From Macrostomum lignano (Eukaryota), in NCBI GenBank assembly GCA_002269645.1, contig NIVC01000012.1, positions 1,240,001 to 1,304,000 of the forward strand: a stretch of DNA of 64,000 bases, written 5' to 3'. The notes under the pieces are model-generated. The model did not search any database and was not told the origin of the DNA. It saw nothing but the letters and a program-made list of their open reading frames with translations. The position numbers were made by a program, and so were the translations under genes. Shown piece by piece: positions 49,182 through 64,000 of this stretch (its first letter is position 1; each line of letters begins with the position of its first letter).

Positions 49182-51092
49182 TCATTTGTACCAGTGTAAG
49201 CCACCCTGTTCTCGTCTCATTCGATCCAATTCGTCAGTGAAGTACGGCAGCCGCCTCAGAACGGCAGCGTCCTCCGTGCCGTAGCGAATGCAGCGCATTT
49301 CGCTGGAGAACATGGACACCCGCTTGGACTCCAGGCACACCCGCTTGGGCACCAGATCGAAACAGGGCACCCGGATTAGGCGGAAAAACCATTCGATAAC
49401 CGAAGCGCCTTGACTGTCGTGGGCGTTCTTTAGGCAGCGATAAAACCTGGTATTGTTTGGTTGGGTTGGAAAGTTAATTAAATTATTAGTGTGCCACTTT
49501 GGGGCTCGAGTTTGTGTCACTCTTGGGCTTGAGTTTGTGTCACTTGGGGCTTGCGTTTGTGTCACTCTTGGGCTTGAGTTTGTGTCACTCTAGGGCTTGA
49601 GTTGGTGTCACTTCGGCTTGAGTTTGTGTCACTCTTGGGCTTGAGTTTGTGTCACTCTTGGGCTTGAGTTTTTGTCACTCTAGGGCTTGAGTTTGTGTCA
49701 CTCTAGGGCTTGAGTTGGTGTCACTTCGGCTTGAGTTTGTGTCACTTGGGGCTTGAGTTTGTGTCACTCTAGGGCTTGAGTTGGTGTCACTTAGAGGCAA
49801 AAGAAAGAACAAAATGACAAGTCAGTGGCGTAGCCAGGGGGGGGCGGGGGGGGGCCGCGGCCCCCCCCCCCCAATCGCCTGGGGGGTGGGGTTGGGCGCG
49901 ACGGATACCAAAAACTAGGAGGCAATTGAGTGCCTGCGGCGCCAAAATGAGTTGCCTGCGGCGCCAAATGAGTGCCTGCGGCGCCAAAATGAGCGCCTGC
50001 GGCGCCAAAAGTGGCAATGGCATAAGGCATGGCCAGCCAGGCCAACCCGCCTCCCCAATTGAAATTCCTGGCTACGCCACTGCGACAAGTACATAATGAC
50101 AACTTAGCCAAGGCGAGCACTCACTTAACGTCGCATTCGCAGTGCGATATAGTGAAATGAAAAATGCTCTTCATGTGATACTTGGTTCGTTTGGCTCGGA
50201 TAACCCGGTCGCAGTGGTCGTGCTCCCGACAGCACATGTCCGACTCGTAGGCGGTGCCCAGGGTTGTGTAATTCATAGCTAGGGTGCCTGCATTGGACGG
50301 GGGTTCGAGGCCTTTTTATACCTATACGGGAGGGAAATTAGCAGATTGGGGATCTGGGAAGGAGATCGGGAATCTGAGTGGGAGATTGAGGATCTAAAGG
50401 GAGACTGGGGATCTGGGAGGGATATTAAGGATCTGAGAATGAGATTAAAGATCTCGAAAGGAGATTGGGGATCTAAGAAGAGGGTAATTGTTGATCTAAG
50501 GGGAGATTGGGGATCTAAGTTGGATATTGTGGATCTGATTGGGATATTGTGGATCTAAAGGGAGACTGGGAATCTGGGAGGGATATTGAGGATCTGGGAA
50601 GTAGATTGAGGATTGGGAAGGACTCGGAGATTGGGATATTAGAAGAGGGTCAATTATTGATCTAGATCTATAAGGGGAGATTGTTGATCTAAAGGGAGAC
50701 TAGGGATCTGGGAGATTAGGGATCTGCGAAGGAGATTGGGGATCTGAGTGGGAGGTTGGGGATCTAAGTGATAGATTGTGGATCTAGGGAGATTGGGCTT
50801 GGTGATCTGAGTGGAGATTGAGGATCTAAAGGGAGATGGGAATCTGGGAGGGAGATTAAGATTAGGAACATGAAGCATAGCACTTACCAACTCCACACCA
50901 TCTCGTGCCAGGATGAATCAAAAACGAGTCCTTGACCTCACTGGCGTACTCAATATGTTTCGTAGTAGTGGCAGACAGTGGAGCAGAAGTAGGCTTTGAT
51001 TTAAACTCTTCTGCCGCTACTAGAAGCTCTTCAAGCAACAGTAGTAGAAGAATCTGCAGAAATAAATAATAATAATATACACTTTTTGTCAT
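49182..51092 (-). CDS. PLA2G3: Group III (bee-venom-type) secreted phospholipase A2
   Basis: Exons 51092-50888 (signal peptide; FLIHPGTRWCGVG Ca-loop), 50287-50125 (SDMCCREHDHC catalytic His-Asp; ISHCECD), 49446-49182 (FYRCLK...FFRLIRVPCF). All phases consistent; symbol is a family-level assignment. Confidence 0.9.
49500..49792. repeat. 19-23-bp minisatellite (cttgggcttgagtttgtgtcact)n in PLA2 intron
   Basis: About 13 copies. Confidence 0.9.
49823..50082. mobile_element. hAT-type MITE in PLA2 intron 2
   Basis: 16-bp TIRs cagtggcgtagccagg / cctggctacgccactg; 8-bp flanks tgacaagt / cgacaagt (TSD with 1 mismatch); internal gcctgcggcgccaaa x4. Confidence 0.85.
50345..50870. repeat. Degenerate purine-rich repeat (gggagattggggatct-like) in PLA2 intron 1
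   Basis: Recurrent ggatct/gggaga motifs. Confidence 0.7.
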
Positions 51093-52642
51093 GATTTTGA
51101 ACAACGAGCCGATTCTTAACAATAAGCTCGTACAACGACGACTAAGACTTTTAGGCGTCGCCTTAGAGAATCATTTTCGTGCGGGTAAACCTAACTGTCT
51201 GGCCCTTTATTCATATGGAGTCGCGCTTGAGGGATGGTGTGCATGGCCCCCGGGGGTGCGCGAACTTAAGGACGATGGAGAGGTGGCGTGGCGTGGCGTG
51301 GCGTGGGGCAGGACGGGGTGGCGTGTTTTGGCCGTGGTCAGAGCCTTAAGGGCGGGCGGGGGAGGGCGGGGGCGTGTGGCAGGGATGTGGAGGTGGGTGT
51401 GGGGTGGTGGGGCACTGGCGCGCTCTGGAATCTAAATTGCGGAGGAGGTGGGGTGGGTGAGGCTATCGCCCAACCCCTATACCCGGCTGATTTCTCTCTC
51501 CGCCCTCGGGCACCGCTCTTTGCAGAATGCTCCCCAAAGGGGGGTCAGGGCCCCCACCCCCCATTCCCCCTCCAAGATCTCCGCACTCCGCAGTCCTCTA
51601 CAAACCTCATGGATGCCTAAAGTTAGAAGTCTAGACTATAGAGCACGCACAGATTAGGATTCTCAGAACTTTTATTATATACGAAGCTAGAAGATAAGAT
51701 AAGGCAAGTTATCATTATAAAGTTAATAATTTCTTAACTATTGAAGTAAATTTGATAACTTCTCTGAGAACTCTTATCACTGAGAACAGCATTAGATGCG
51801 CCATGCGATGCGCGAAGAGAAGTTGAAGGACTGTCTCAAATTTTGAACTTGTAATTCTGCAAATTCACCTTAGCGGGTTCAGGGGGGGGTGGGGTCAAGG
51901 GGTCGGCTTACCTCCACCCTAGAAAACTAGGCCGTGGGGGTCACACCCCCCGGGGAAATCCTGGTCGTTGTCAGCGGCGGATCCGGTGTGAGGTCAAGAG
52001 GGGGTCAGCGAGGGACCTATGTCCCTGCGAAAATCTTAGGTTGAATCCATCCACTCCAGATTCTATTTACAGAACTCCCTGTCACATGATGTACGGTTGT
52101 CCTCAGCTGAGAGTGAGTCATTCTCGCTCTGTGACCGATGTAAGGGGAAGAGATTCGGGGGGGGGGGGATTGGGAAGATCTGGTCCGGTGAACATCTGAT
52201 GAATTTTTCTCTTCAGTCCTGCGCACCATCCTCATCACACTGCAGCATCCCCAATCCCTATGCAGTTTTTTCAAATGAAGTGGCGTGAGGACGCGTACTA
52301 AGGCAGAATTGTGAGAACTTGAATCCTTAGTCTATTATTATGCTTAGTTGTTCTTGACTGGCTTGCAGCTGCAGATGTTTCCAGAGGAGCAACCGCCAGT
52401 CAGATTGTCATTATCAAGGCCGCAAACGGTGTTCTGAGTCCTAAAAATTTTCTGAAGTCAATTGTAGAAAATTTCTTAGTAAACTTCAACCAAAGAACGC
52501 TTACGAGCGTATTTTACAATTGTTAAATAACAACGTAAATAAATAAGATTCTTCCATTAGCTATGAAATTTTGCTTGTTTCGTATGCTCACTCTACATGT
52601 TTCAAAAAGCAAGAAAGGGTGTTCTAGGGGGTTGTTTCGAAA

Positions 52643-52965
52643 GGGGGTTGTAGCCTTGTGGTTAGTGTCAGACTCACGATTGGAAGGTCGGTGGTTCGAT
52701 TCCCGATCCCACTGGAACAATTTGTGTCCTTCAACAGTCCTTGAGCTCTCTGCATTGCTTCAGTTCACCCAGCTTTTAAACGGGTGCCAGCATTAGCTGG
52801 GGAAAGTGAGGGTGTGTGGCGACCCCCAGTCTTTGGACTGAACAGCCTTACGCAGCCGTCAGATGCGCCGCGCAATAGCTGCGGCTGAGCTGTGGGTTGC
52901 ACATCTGCCAATTGGGGCAGGTGTAATCAATTATTATTATTATTATTATTACTATTATTATTATA
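52643..52965 (+). mobile_element. tRNA-derived SINE with V-domain-like core and (ATT)n tail
   Basis: A box tagccttgtggt (52651), B box ggttcgattcc (52693), core cagttcacccagcttttaaacgggtgcc (52761), (TTA)n tail 52931-52965. Confidence 0.8.
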
Positions 52966-53966
52966 ACGTTTCAAAAAGCTTGTGATTATAACTTTCTAAG
53001 TATACTACTAATGTAGAACTTTATTAAGTAGAGTGTTGCGCGACTTACGTGCTTATTTTTCTTTGAATTTTGAATTTTGTAAGAAGCGTATTGCACACTT
53101 AGTTTAAAAGAACCAAAATGTATAAATGAAGCAATCTACGAGTACTTTCAATAAAACTTGAGGCTTGTACGTACGGTGTCAGTACTGTGTCAGAAACGGT
53201 GTCAGAGTCATGAGATTTTAGTGTCAGGGTCACAAGATTTTAGTGTCAGTGTCACGAGATTTCGGTGTCAGGGTCACGAGATTTTTGTATCATAGCAAGA
53301 TTTTGGTCCCAGGGCCCAGGGGCGCAACGTTTGGGTTCTGTATCATTGGAACTGTTTTGGAACGCTGCTGTTTATGTGCTTGGCTATACCACTCCCTGGC
53401 TGAATAAGGCTCCAACTACTCGTCATGTCACCTCTTTGACACATGCAGATGCAGCCTCTTTCCTCACTGCGTGCACAAGACCGCACTGTAGCCTTGCTGC
53501 ACAGTTAATAGACTCAGTTCCAGCTTAATTGAAGCTTCCATTTACAGTGGAAGAGCTAAACATTGCGGGATGGGTTTGAGTAGCCACTTTACTCGCGTCT
53601 TCGCTCGTTGCTGTTCGAGGTGCAAAAATAAGAAGCGCTCACTATATAGTCAGTTCTTAAAATCTTCTCTCTTTTTCGGTTTGTACAGCAGCTTGCGTGA
53701 AATATTCTAACTAGCAAATGAACATATATAGAGCAGGGACTCAGGCTTAACAGCTCTTTTATTCCTTTCTGGCTCAGCTGTAAAGCAAATAGAAAGAAAA
53801 TATTCACCAGCTTAGTAAGAAAATAATTGAGTCGGTTTACTAGCGCAGCATTGGCTCCGAATAGAGCAGGCCGGCCGTTTCAAATTTGGGATGAATATTT
53901 CGGCTATACCATAAAAAATTCCTGCTTCTTTACGAGTAATAATCATTCTGATAACAAAGTCTAAAG

Positions 53967-57057
<3,091 letters not shown>

Positions 57058-58048
57058 AGAGTTTTAATATACTCGTATATTGCTTTTACAAGATACATTC
57101 CTCATTCATTTTCATTTGCGAGAGTTGATAATTTAATTTGCAGCTATTTCGCCATGCCTACTATGTACCAAAAGTAGTATAATTCAAGCTTCTGTAATTT
57201 ATTATTACTCGGTAACCTCGGCGGTTGATCAATCAAAAAATAAACTAATTACAGTGCTCTACGTACATTAGTTTTATATTCTTCAGACAACGTAGAGACC
57301 ACTCGTAGGAGTTCGACTTCTCAATTTTTGCATTGGATGCTATTCACGATGGCAGGTTTATGGGATCTTGCAGTCTAGCTGGAGTTTCAATGTTACTTCT
57401 TTAAGTTTGCGGCCTTGGATGGTGCAAAAAAGTGGACTTCTTGCTAGACTGTGGTGGCCTGATCAATAAATCAGATGATTTTGGTGGCCATGAACTATGT
57501 ATTTTGCGTCGCGAGACCCTCTATCCTGAAAGACCTCAAAAAACAGTTTTTTTCCTGAAATATGATTTAGTGAGTAATGTGCCTGTATTTATAATTAGGT
57601 TTTACCTCTTGACTATATACGAGTATTTACGTTGTGCAAAATCCGCCCAAAAAACCGGTTGACACGCGGACATAATACGACATATGTTGGTATGAAATCT
57701 ACATAATCTTGAAGGAATGCGCTTTGTAAATTAGGAAAATGCAACTATTTCTGTAATACACGTTTAGATCCTTGTGACTGAACATCCTCTGCAGCCGAAG
57801 TTTGGTTAGTGAGTCATCCTACATGACTGAACTTGGTCTATTTCGGGGGCTGCGTCACTTGCATGTAACAAGGTACTTAGTACGAATGCACTGCGTACTC
57901 AGCCTACGCAATGTCTATTTTTTGCTATTGAGGGAATTCCACGGGTTTTCTATAGAAAACTATATAGCCAAGCCAGGCAGCTAATCTGGAACCAAGAGAG
58001 TCCCGTAAAGCAGCACTAACCAGTTACAGCAAGCTCAAGCTTTTAGCC

Positions 58049-58327
58049 ATGTCTCCCAACTGTCTTCTTCCTTGCCTGCTGTTGATTGCCAGCGCTGTGA
58101 CAACCAATTCTGTCCAGGGATTTGCACTGGCAAATGATTGCGAAGTGTTCTCCAAGTGCGCTGCTGGCGAGTACAGTGATCCCTACAGCTGCATGTGCGA
58201 GCCGTGCGATGCAATCTGCCGCGGTCCGGACGACACAAGCCCGTTCTTTGTTGCCAAGTGTCGCAACTATCAGACACAGTTTAAACTTTGCCTGAAATTT
58301 CAAACTGGATCGTTGAAATCGCGCTAA
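58049..58327 (+). CDS. 92-aa secreted protein with a single TNFR-like cysteine-rich domain
   Basis: Leader LLPCLLLIASAV; CAAGEYSDPYSCMCEPCDAIC resembles the C..GEY.D.....C..C...C CRD of BCMA/TACI/Grindelwald-type receptors; in-frame stop with no TM segment. Confidence 0.6.
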   Translation: MSPNCLLPCLLLIASAVTTNSVQGFALANDCEVFSKCAAGEYSDPYSCMCEPCDAICRGPDDTSPFFVAKCRNYQTQFKLCLKFQTGSLKSR

Positions 58328-59368
58328 TTTTTTTCTTCCTACTTTTCTTATTGATATTTTGACTTTTTGAAATTCAGAAATGTAGCTTAGTTACGGGTAT
58401 ATCTTACTCGCATGCCATGAACATTATTTTCTAGATCTTGTCAGCTCTTGTACCGTCACTTAGCATCACTCATATCACTCATAATATTCACTCATCACCT
58501 CCGCTATCTATATAGTTATAAAAATCATTCAGTTATATGCATTAATAAAACATTGCTTGTAGCAACGTATGACGCTTATTTATTTAGTTCGGCTACCACG
58601 TAATCATAATTTACGCTTGACTTTATCACTTGGGTGTGTTTAGAGACTGCAACCAGGATGTGGGGTATATTAGTTGAAAATCTATTCGAGTAACTAAGGC
58701 CTTTCTAGCCATCTAGGAGTCAAAATAGTGTTCAGCATGCCTGCAGCTCATATTAATATTGGTGTCAGGGTCACTTGGTTTTGTGATAGATTTCCTTGTT
58801 TTTGCTTTGTCGTCTAACAAGCGCATTAAACAATGTAAAAAGACAGTGAATATGTTCGTCTCGCCTTGATTAGATTGAATGTACTTTGTCGACCAAGGTT
58901 TAAATAAATAACTCAGATTTTATTCAAGCACAAAATGACCCTTTGCAGGCGGGTAGCTCAAATCAAAAGTTCGCCATTTCTTCTGAACTTGTAAACAAAG
59001 AATTAGGTGTGGAAAATTGGATTTCAGCCCTACAGTCTGACGGCTAGCTAGCTATCTGTCCTGATCCCGTCAGAGCCAGCCGCCCTGAGCATGCGGCCAA
59101 TGCCCTCTAGAAATTGCTTTCTGATCCCAGGCAGCATCGGGTAAATCCTCAGATGCAATCGCCCGCTGGCCTGGTTGGTTCTCATGCTGAGCCTCAATTA
59201 GTGGGCCAGTTAGTTAAGCCGCAAAATCCAGGAGCCGATATGCGTCAGAACAGTCTGACTGATTCATAAAAGAGCAAAGCTTTCAGCGTCCTGCCCCGAA
59301 TCCTGCGGCTTCAACTCCAAGTGAAAAGTCTTACGCTTCTACTTGCATTTGATCAATAGCGGGTCAAC

Positions 59369-60388
59369 ATGGAACCGGTTCTGAACTCCAGCGGACAACC
59401 AGCTAGAGGAGTCGTCTATAACAAAGATGGCGAAGGAGCCAGCGTGAAGAACAGACTCTGGCGAGGCTACTTTGTGTCTGACTTCCCCGGCGCGGAGGAA
59501 AATCTCGATAGGCTTTGCGAGGCGTTTCAGCCAAGACAGGATGATGTTTTCATTGATGCTCATCTAAAGTGCGGGACCCACTGGCTCAATGATATCTGCC
59601 ACTTTGTGCTCACCAAACAGGCTAAGCAGCGACCTGCGCTCAAGGAGGATGCCATGCTCGAGGCGCAGGACTTTCACTGCTTTGAAAAGTTCGCCTCACC
59701 CCGAGTGCTCAATTGTCATTTGCGCTACTCGATACTGCCTAAAAAGCTGCTGGCAACCAACAAGGCCCTGTTTGCCGTACGAAATCCCAAGGATGCCGCG
59801 GTGTCCCTGTATCATCATTATATCTCCATAGACGACTACGAGTACAAGGGCAGCTTCAAAGGCTTTCTGAGTCTATACGAAAAAGTATTCCTACCGACCT
59901 CTGTTTTACTCTAATAGCCGCATCCAGATCTAAATAGATTTTCGAATTCGCCAATTACATTTATCCAGGGATTAGTCGATGGAGGCTCGTGGTTCGAACA
60001 CACCAGGGAATTTCTTGCAGCCATAAACAGCGGCCGCCATTCCAACATCCTGCTGGTGGAGTTCGAGAAGCTCAAGGCCGATCCGGCCGGCCAGATACGA
60101 CGAATCGCCGATTTTTTGCTGGACAGCCCGGAGGCCAGCGCTGCCGCCATTTCCGACCAGCTGCTGGCCGACATCTGCAAGCAGGTGACATTTGAACGGA
60201 TGCGCCAGGATCGAGGCACTGACCTTAGCGAGTTCTTCAACTCCAGCGCCACCACTGGTTTCTACCGGAAGGGCGAGGTGGGCGACTGGCGCAACTGGTT
60301 TGACGCCGAGAGCAGCAAGCGATTTGATGAGCTGTGCGCAAAGGCTCTCAGCGGTTTGGAGCACCTGTACCAGCCCACATATCAGTGA
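59369..60388 (+). CDS. Cytosolic sulfotransferase (SULT family), 2 exons, ~311 aa
   Basis: Exons 59369-59884 and 59969-60388 (phase 0). 5'-PSB loop HLKCGTHW, 3'-PB RNPKDAAVSLYH, C-terminal FYRKGEVGDWRNWF. Confidence 0.92.
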
Positions 60389-61024
60389 ATTTATTCAGAG
60401 AAGATGGTGGAACTCAAATGATTGATTCGTATTGGAAAATTCGATCCATACGAAATATCTAGCCTAGGCCTATGTAGCGATAGCACCAATAGCTCTATAA
60501 TTTGCTTGCTGCAAACCTTTTATTGTTATGCTTATTGCTAGAGTTACCATGTGGATTGCATCTAAACTTAAACGCTGAGCAGTACAAACGCCACTCAAAA
60601 TAAGGTGTACTTTAGAACCCTAGAAGTAGTTGTAAAATCGCCGAAGCTTTTAGTGTAATAATTGATATTTACTGTAGACAGCTAGATGAATGCCCTATTC
60701 GCTACTCCGAGTAGTATTTTGGCGATGGTTTTATATTTTCAAGGAGAATCAAGCAATATCTCGTTTAATAAAATACTTTAGCAACATGCATACAGCATGC
60801 CTTTACTAAATCAAGAGATAATACTATTGGTGCTAAAGAAAGTTCGAGTTCAATAGGAGACTAGCACTGACAACAACTGGAAGTGCTGAATCTAAAAATA
60901 GTAAACTCTAAAAGAAGATCGCAAAGATTAAAGTGACAGTCGATGAAGTGTCGAGTCTTTTAAATCTGTCAGCCATAGCGAAAGTATGTACTAACCATCA
61001 TCTGAATTTATATTCCGAACTTAT

Positions 61025-61897
61025 TCAGTTATTAGAACCGAGCAGATTATCCGTGCACAGTTGATCCCAGTCTGGCCAGAGCGTCTCCTTGATTCTGGTC
61101 ACGTATTCGCACAGGTTCGGCGTCTGCTCTCGCATGAACTGCTTGTGCGGATAGTCCACCGGGACGTAGAGGATCTGAGCCAGATGACCGAAAGCGTAGC
61201 AATCTGCCGTGGTCATCCGCTCGCCGAACAGGAACTTCTTGCTGCCAAGCACGCGGGACAGAGCGCGGATGTCCTCGAAACCCATGGAGTAGATCTCCGG
61301 CACCGTGTTGCGCCCGATGCCGTGGTGCTTGAGCCGGTGGCGGAATCCCGGCGGGAAGAATCGGTACAGCACCCAGCGCAGCAGAAATCCGGAGAACTCC
61401 CAGGTCTGGACAAACTCGCGAGCCGCTTCAACATAGCGGTAATAGAAATAGCTAAATACTGTCTGGTTTTCAAGCATCATCTCCAGACCTCTGGCTAAGC
61501 CCTGCTCCTGCTCAGACAGTCCGTCATCAACTCCAAAGTACTTTTGCAGCTCGGTAATGATGAGATTAGACTCATTGTACTCCTGTCCTTTGAGCTCAAC
61601 AAAAGGAATCTGGCCTTTGCGGCTCCAGACGTAAGTCTTTCGGATTGCTGTGTACCGAATCTGGTGCATCCGCAGCCAGGTTTCCAGCTTCAGTCCGAAC
61701 GGCGAAATGCTGACGATAGTTCGACAGCTGGGAAAGTTGAACAAGTACACCATGTTCTTCTCATAGTTGGCCACTCGAAGGCCGGAGCCTTTGCGCTTGG
61801 CAATTCGACGCAGAGCGAAGACGACAACAGCTGCCGTACCCGCGGCCGCCAGACCCAGCTTGATGGTAGAGGCTGAGTAGCTGCTCAAGATTTCCAT
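61025..61897 (-). CDS. fax: Failed axon connections homolog (metaxin-like GST fold), single exon, 290 aa
   Basis: N-terminal hydrophobic anchor; SISPFGLKLETWLR, SRKGQIPFVEL, ESNLII, FLFGERMTTADCYAFGHLAQ, WPDW. Confidence 0.9.
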   Translation of the reverse strand: MEILSSYSASTIKLGLAAAGTAAVVVFALRRIAKRKGSGLRVANYEKNMVYLFNFPSCRTIVSISPFGLKLETWLRMHQIRYTAIRKTYVWSRKGQIPFVELKGQEYNESNLIITELQKYFGVDDGLSEQEQGLARGLEMMLENQTVFSYFYYRYVEAAREFVQTWEFSGFLLRWVLYRFFPPGFRHRLKHHGIGRNTVPEIYSMGFEDIRALSRVLGSKKFLFGERMTTADCYAFGHLAQILYVPVDYPHKQFMREQTPNLCEYVTRIKETLWPDWDQLCTDNLLGSNN

Positions 61898-62496
61898 TGC
61901 CTGTTTAGGATAAATTTAGTCCTAGTAGAAGTAACCTACCGAACAAATGGCTTCTGTCCTCTTCTTCACTTCAGAAGCAAGTTGAGTCTCTTTCTGACCT
62001 GAAAGTTGCCAGACTGGACTATGGCAAGTAGCTAAGGTAGAATTGACGCCAGTTTACTTTAATTCTCATTGGTTTGTGCAGTGCAAACAAATGCTTGTGA
62101 GGAGGGTCTTAATCGTACGCGAGAGAAGACTGAAGAGACTCGCAGCGAGACATGTCGGCATTCTCTGCGCACAAAAATACTTCGAACGCTTTACATACAA
62201 CTACGTAGAGCTTCGTGTCTAATGTACAAAGCCCTCTAATACGCAATTTGTACACACATGCCCGTTCTTAGAAAAACCGTGGATAGAAAGAGTAGTTGCC
62301 AGGGGGCAGACAGGTGCGCGAAAAGCAAGCATCTGCGGCAGACCAACCTGTCTCGTGGCATGTTTTATACAACTACAGAAGAGAGAGTTTTCTGCTTCAA
62401 CTGAGCTGCCAAACCTGTTATTCGAAGATTTCGTTCAGAGATAAGATTTAGCGATAGAACTCAGTTAGAACTAGCCATACCAATCTGATTAATGAA

Positions 62497-63902
62497 ATGC
62501 GCCACTGTCATTGGTGCCTCATAATTATCTCTCTGTTACTCGGTGAGTCATCCAATGCCTATTTGACAATTGCGCACATTTACTGTACTTCCGGCTGTTC
62601 AAGATGTTAATATGAGTTTTTTAATAGTTATTATTGAGTAAACTACCGGTAGATCAATTCAAAAGTTCAGCCATAGACTCAAATTTGTTTTTGTTTTAAA
62701 GTGAACTTTCTCATGAGCTCACTCATGAACTCACTCATTAATTCGCTCTTGAACTCACTCATTAACTCACTCATGAACTCACTCATGAACTCACTCATGA
62801 ACTCACTCATGAACTCACTCATGAACTCACTCATGAACTCACTCATGAACTCACTCATGAACTCACTCATGAACTCACTCATTGACTCACTCATTAATTC
62901 GCTCTTGAACTCACTCATGAACTCACTCATGAACTCACTCATGAACTCACTCATGAACTCACTCATGAACTCACTCATGAACTTACTTATGAACTCACGC
63001 ATGAACTCACTCATGAACTCACTCATGAACTCACTCATGAACTCACCCATGAACTCACTCATGAACTCACTCATGAACTCACTCATGAACTCACTCATGA
63101 ACTCACTCACGAACTCACTCATGAACTCACTCATGAACTCACTCATGAACTCACTCATGAACTCACTCATAAACTCACTCATAAACTCACTCATGAACTC
63201 ACTTATGAACTCACTCATGAACTCACTCATGAACTCACTCATGAACTCACTCATGAACTCACTCATGAACTCACTCATGAACTCACCCATGAACTCACTC
63301 ATGAACTCACTCATGAACTCACTCATGAACTCACTCACGAACTCACTCATGAACTCACTCATGAACTCACTCATGAACTCACGCATGAACTCACTCATGA
63401 ACTCACTCATGAACTCACTCATGAACTCACCCATGAACTCACGCATGAACTCACTCATGAACTCACTCATGAACTCACTCATGAACTCTTATGAACTCAC
63501 TGATAAACGAATTTATGTGCTCAATAAACAGCATTACAACACTAAAGAAGTGAAATAAAATGATCATAATAACGTCCCCAAGCTTAAAACAAAGACAGTG
63601 TTAATCTGAAGTATTGTTCTATATGTTGATAAAAGGTATTTTATTATTCAACGAATGCACTTTGTGAAAAAAGCTTAATCGGATACATTATGCCAAATGA
63701 AACCGAAAGAATTGCTCATGTTTTTAGCTTGTTTAGGAAAAAACATTTTGCAGGTTCCGTCAGCGCCAATCCCGATGCCAAACGCCTCTACGAAGACGTG
63801 CTTGTGAAACGCGACTACAATGGTTTAATCAGGCCAGTAAACAACCATTCGGATACGCTCACAGTGTACTTAAGCTTGAAACTGGGCCAGCTAATTGACA
63901 TT
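62497..63902 (+). CDS. 5' part of a second nAChR subunit (alpha-like N-terminus); continues beyond window
   Basis: Exon 62497-62542 (MRHCHWCLIIISLLLG, donor GTGAGT) joins in phase 1 to exon 63754-63902 (SVSANPDAKRLYEDVL...YNGLIRPVNNHSDTLTVYLSLKLGQLIDI). Alpha status is inferred from the ANPDAKRLY motif; loop C is not in view. Confidence 0.85.
62708..63500. repeat. 12-bp minisatellite (atgaactcactc)n in nAChR intron 1
   Basis: About 66 copies. Confidence 0.97.
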
Positions 63903-63924
63903 GTGAGTCATAGTTGAAGTGCGA

Positions 63925-64000
63925 AGGGGCGTAGCCAGGGAGAACAAGAAGGGCTACGACCCTCACTTTGTTATAAAAGTATTTGGCACCCTTTGTAGTA
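63925..64000. mobile_element. Possible left end of another MITE (ggggcgtagccaggg)
   Basis: Shares gcgtagccagg with the TIR at 49823; partner end not in window. Confidence 0.3.

Noticed and set aside
51415-52180. G/C-run-rich segments resembling MITE ends (cagcggcggatcc, gggggtcaagggg)
   Set aside because: No matching inverted partner or TSD found; likely decayed repeats.
52340-52441. Possible defensin-like last exon on minus strand (TVCGLDNDNLTGGCSSGNICSCKPVKNN*) and a Cys-rich frame at ~53400-53500
   Set aside because: Could not link to a start or signal exon with consistent phase; too short to support.
52643-52715. tRNA gene
   Set aside because: A/B boxes continue into a SINE body and (ATT)n tail; no acceptor-stem closure.
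62679-63558. MSEF / MNSL repeat ORFs
   Set aside because: 12-bp minisatellite inside the intron between phase-matched nAChR exons.

Overview
Eukaryotic (animal) genomic DNA: spliceosomal GT-AG introns, micro/minisatellites, SINE/LINE/MITE remnants. No prokaryotic operon, CRISPR array, rRNA or true tRNA gene was seen. The gene repertoire suggests a protostome invertebrate, possibly a free-living flatworm (inference only). The first 26 kb is one minus-strand gene with at least 31 exons, running off the left edge. It encodes a giant (>5,000 aa in-window) secreted Lys/Arg/Cys-rich protein made of roughly 70 copies of a ~50-aa 4-Cys module plus five vWA domains. It was expanded by near-identical 5.5-kb multi-exon tandem duplications, and its repeat-region exons are phase 1-1. 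The rest of the window holds a probable secreted Cys-rich precursor ending in RFGR (possible RFamide), an NtA/TIMP-like secreted protein, an ankyrin + tandem RING gene, a group III secreted PLA2, a beta-type nAChR subunit, a small secreted TNFR-like Cys-rich protein, a sulfotransferase, a fax (metaxin/GST-like) gene, and the start of an alpha-like nAChR subunit. All exon models were read by eye from splice signals and reading phase and have no transcript confirmation.
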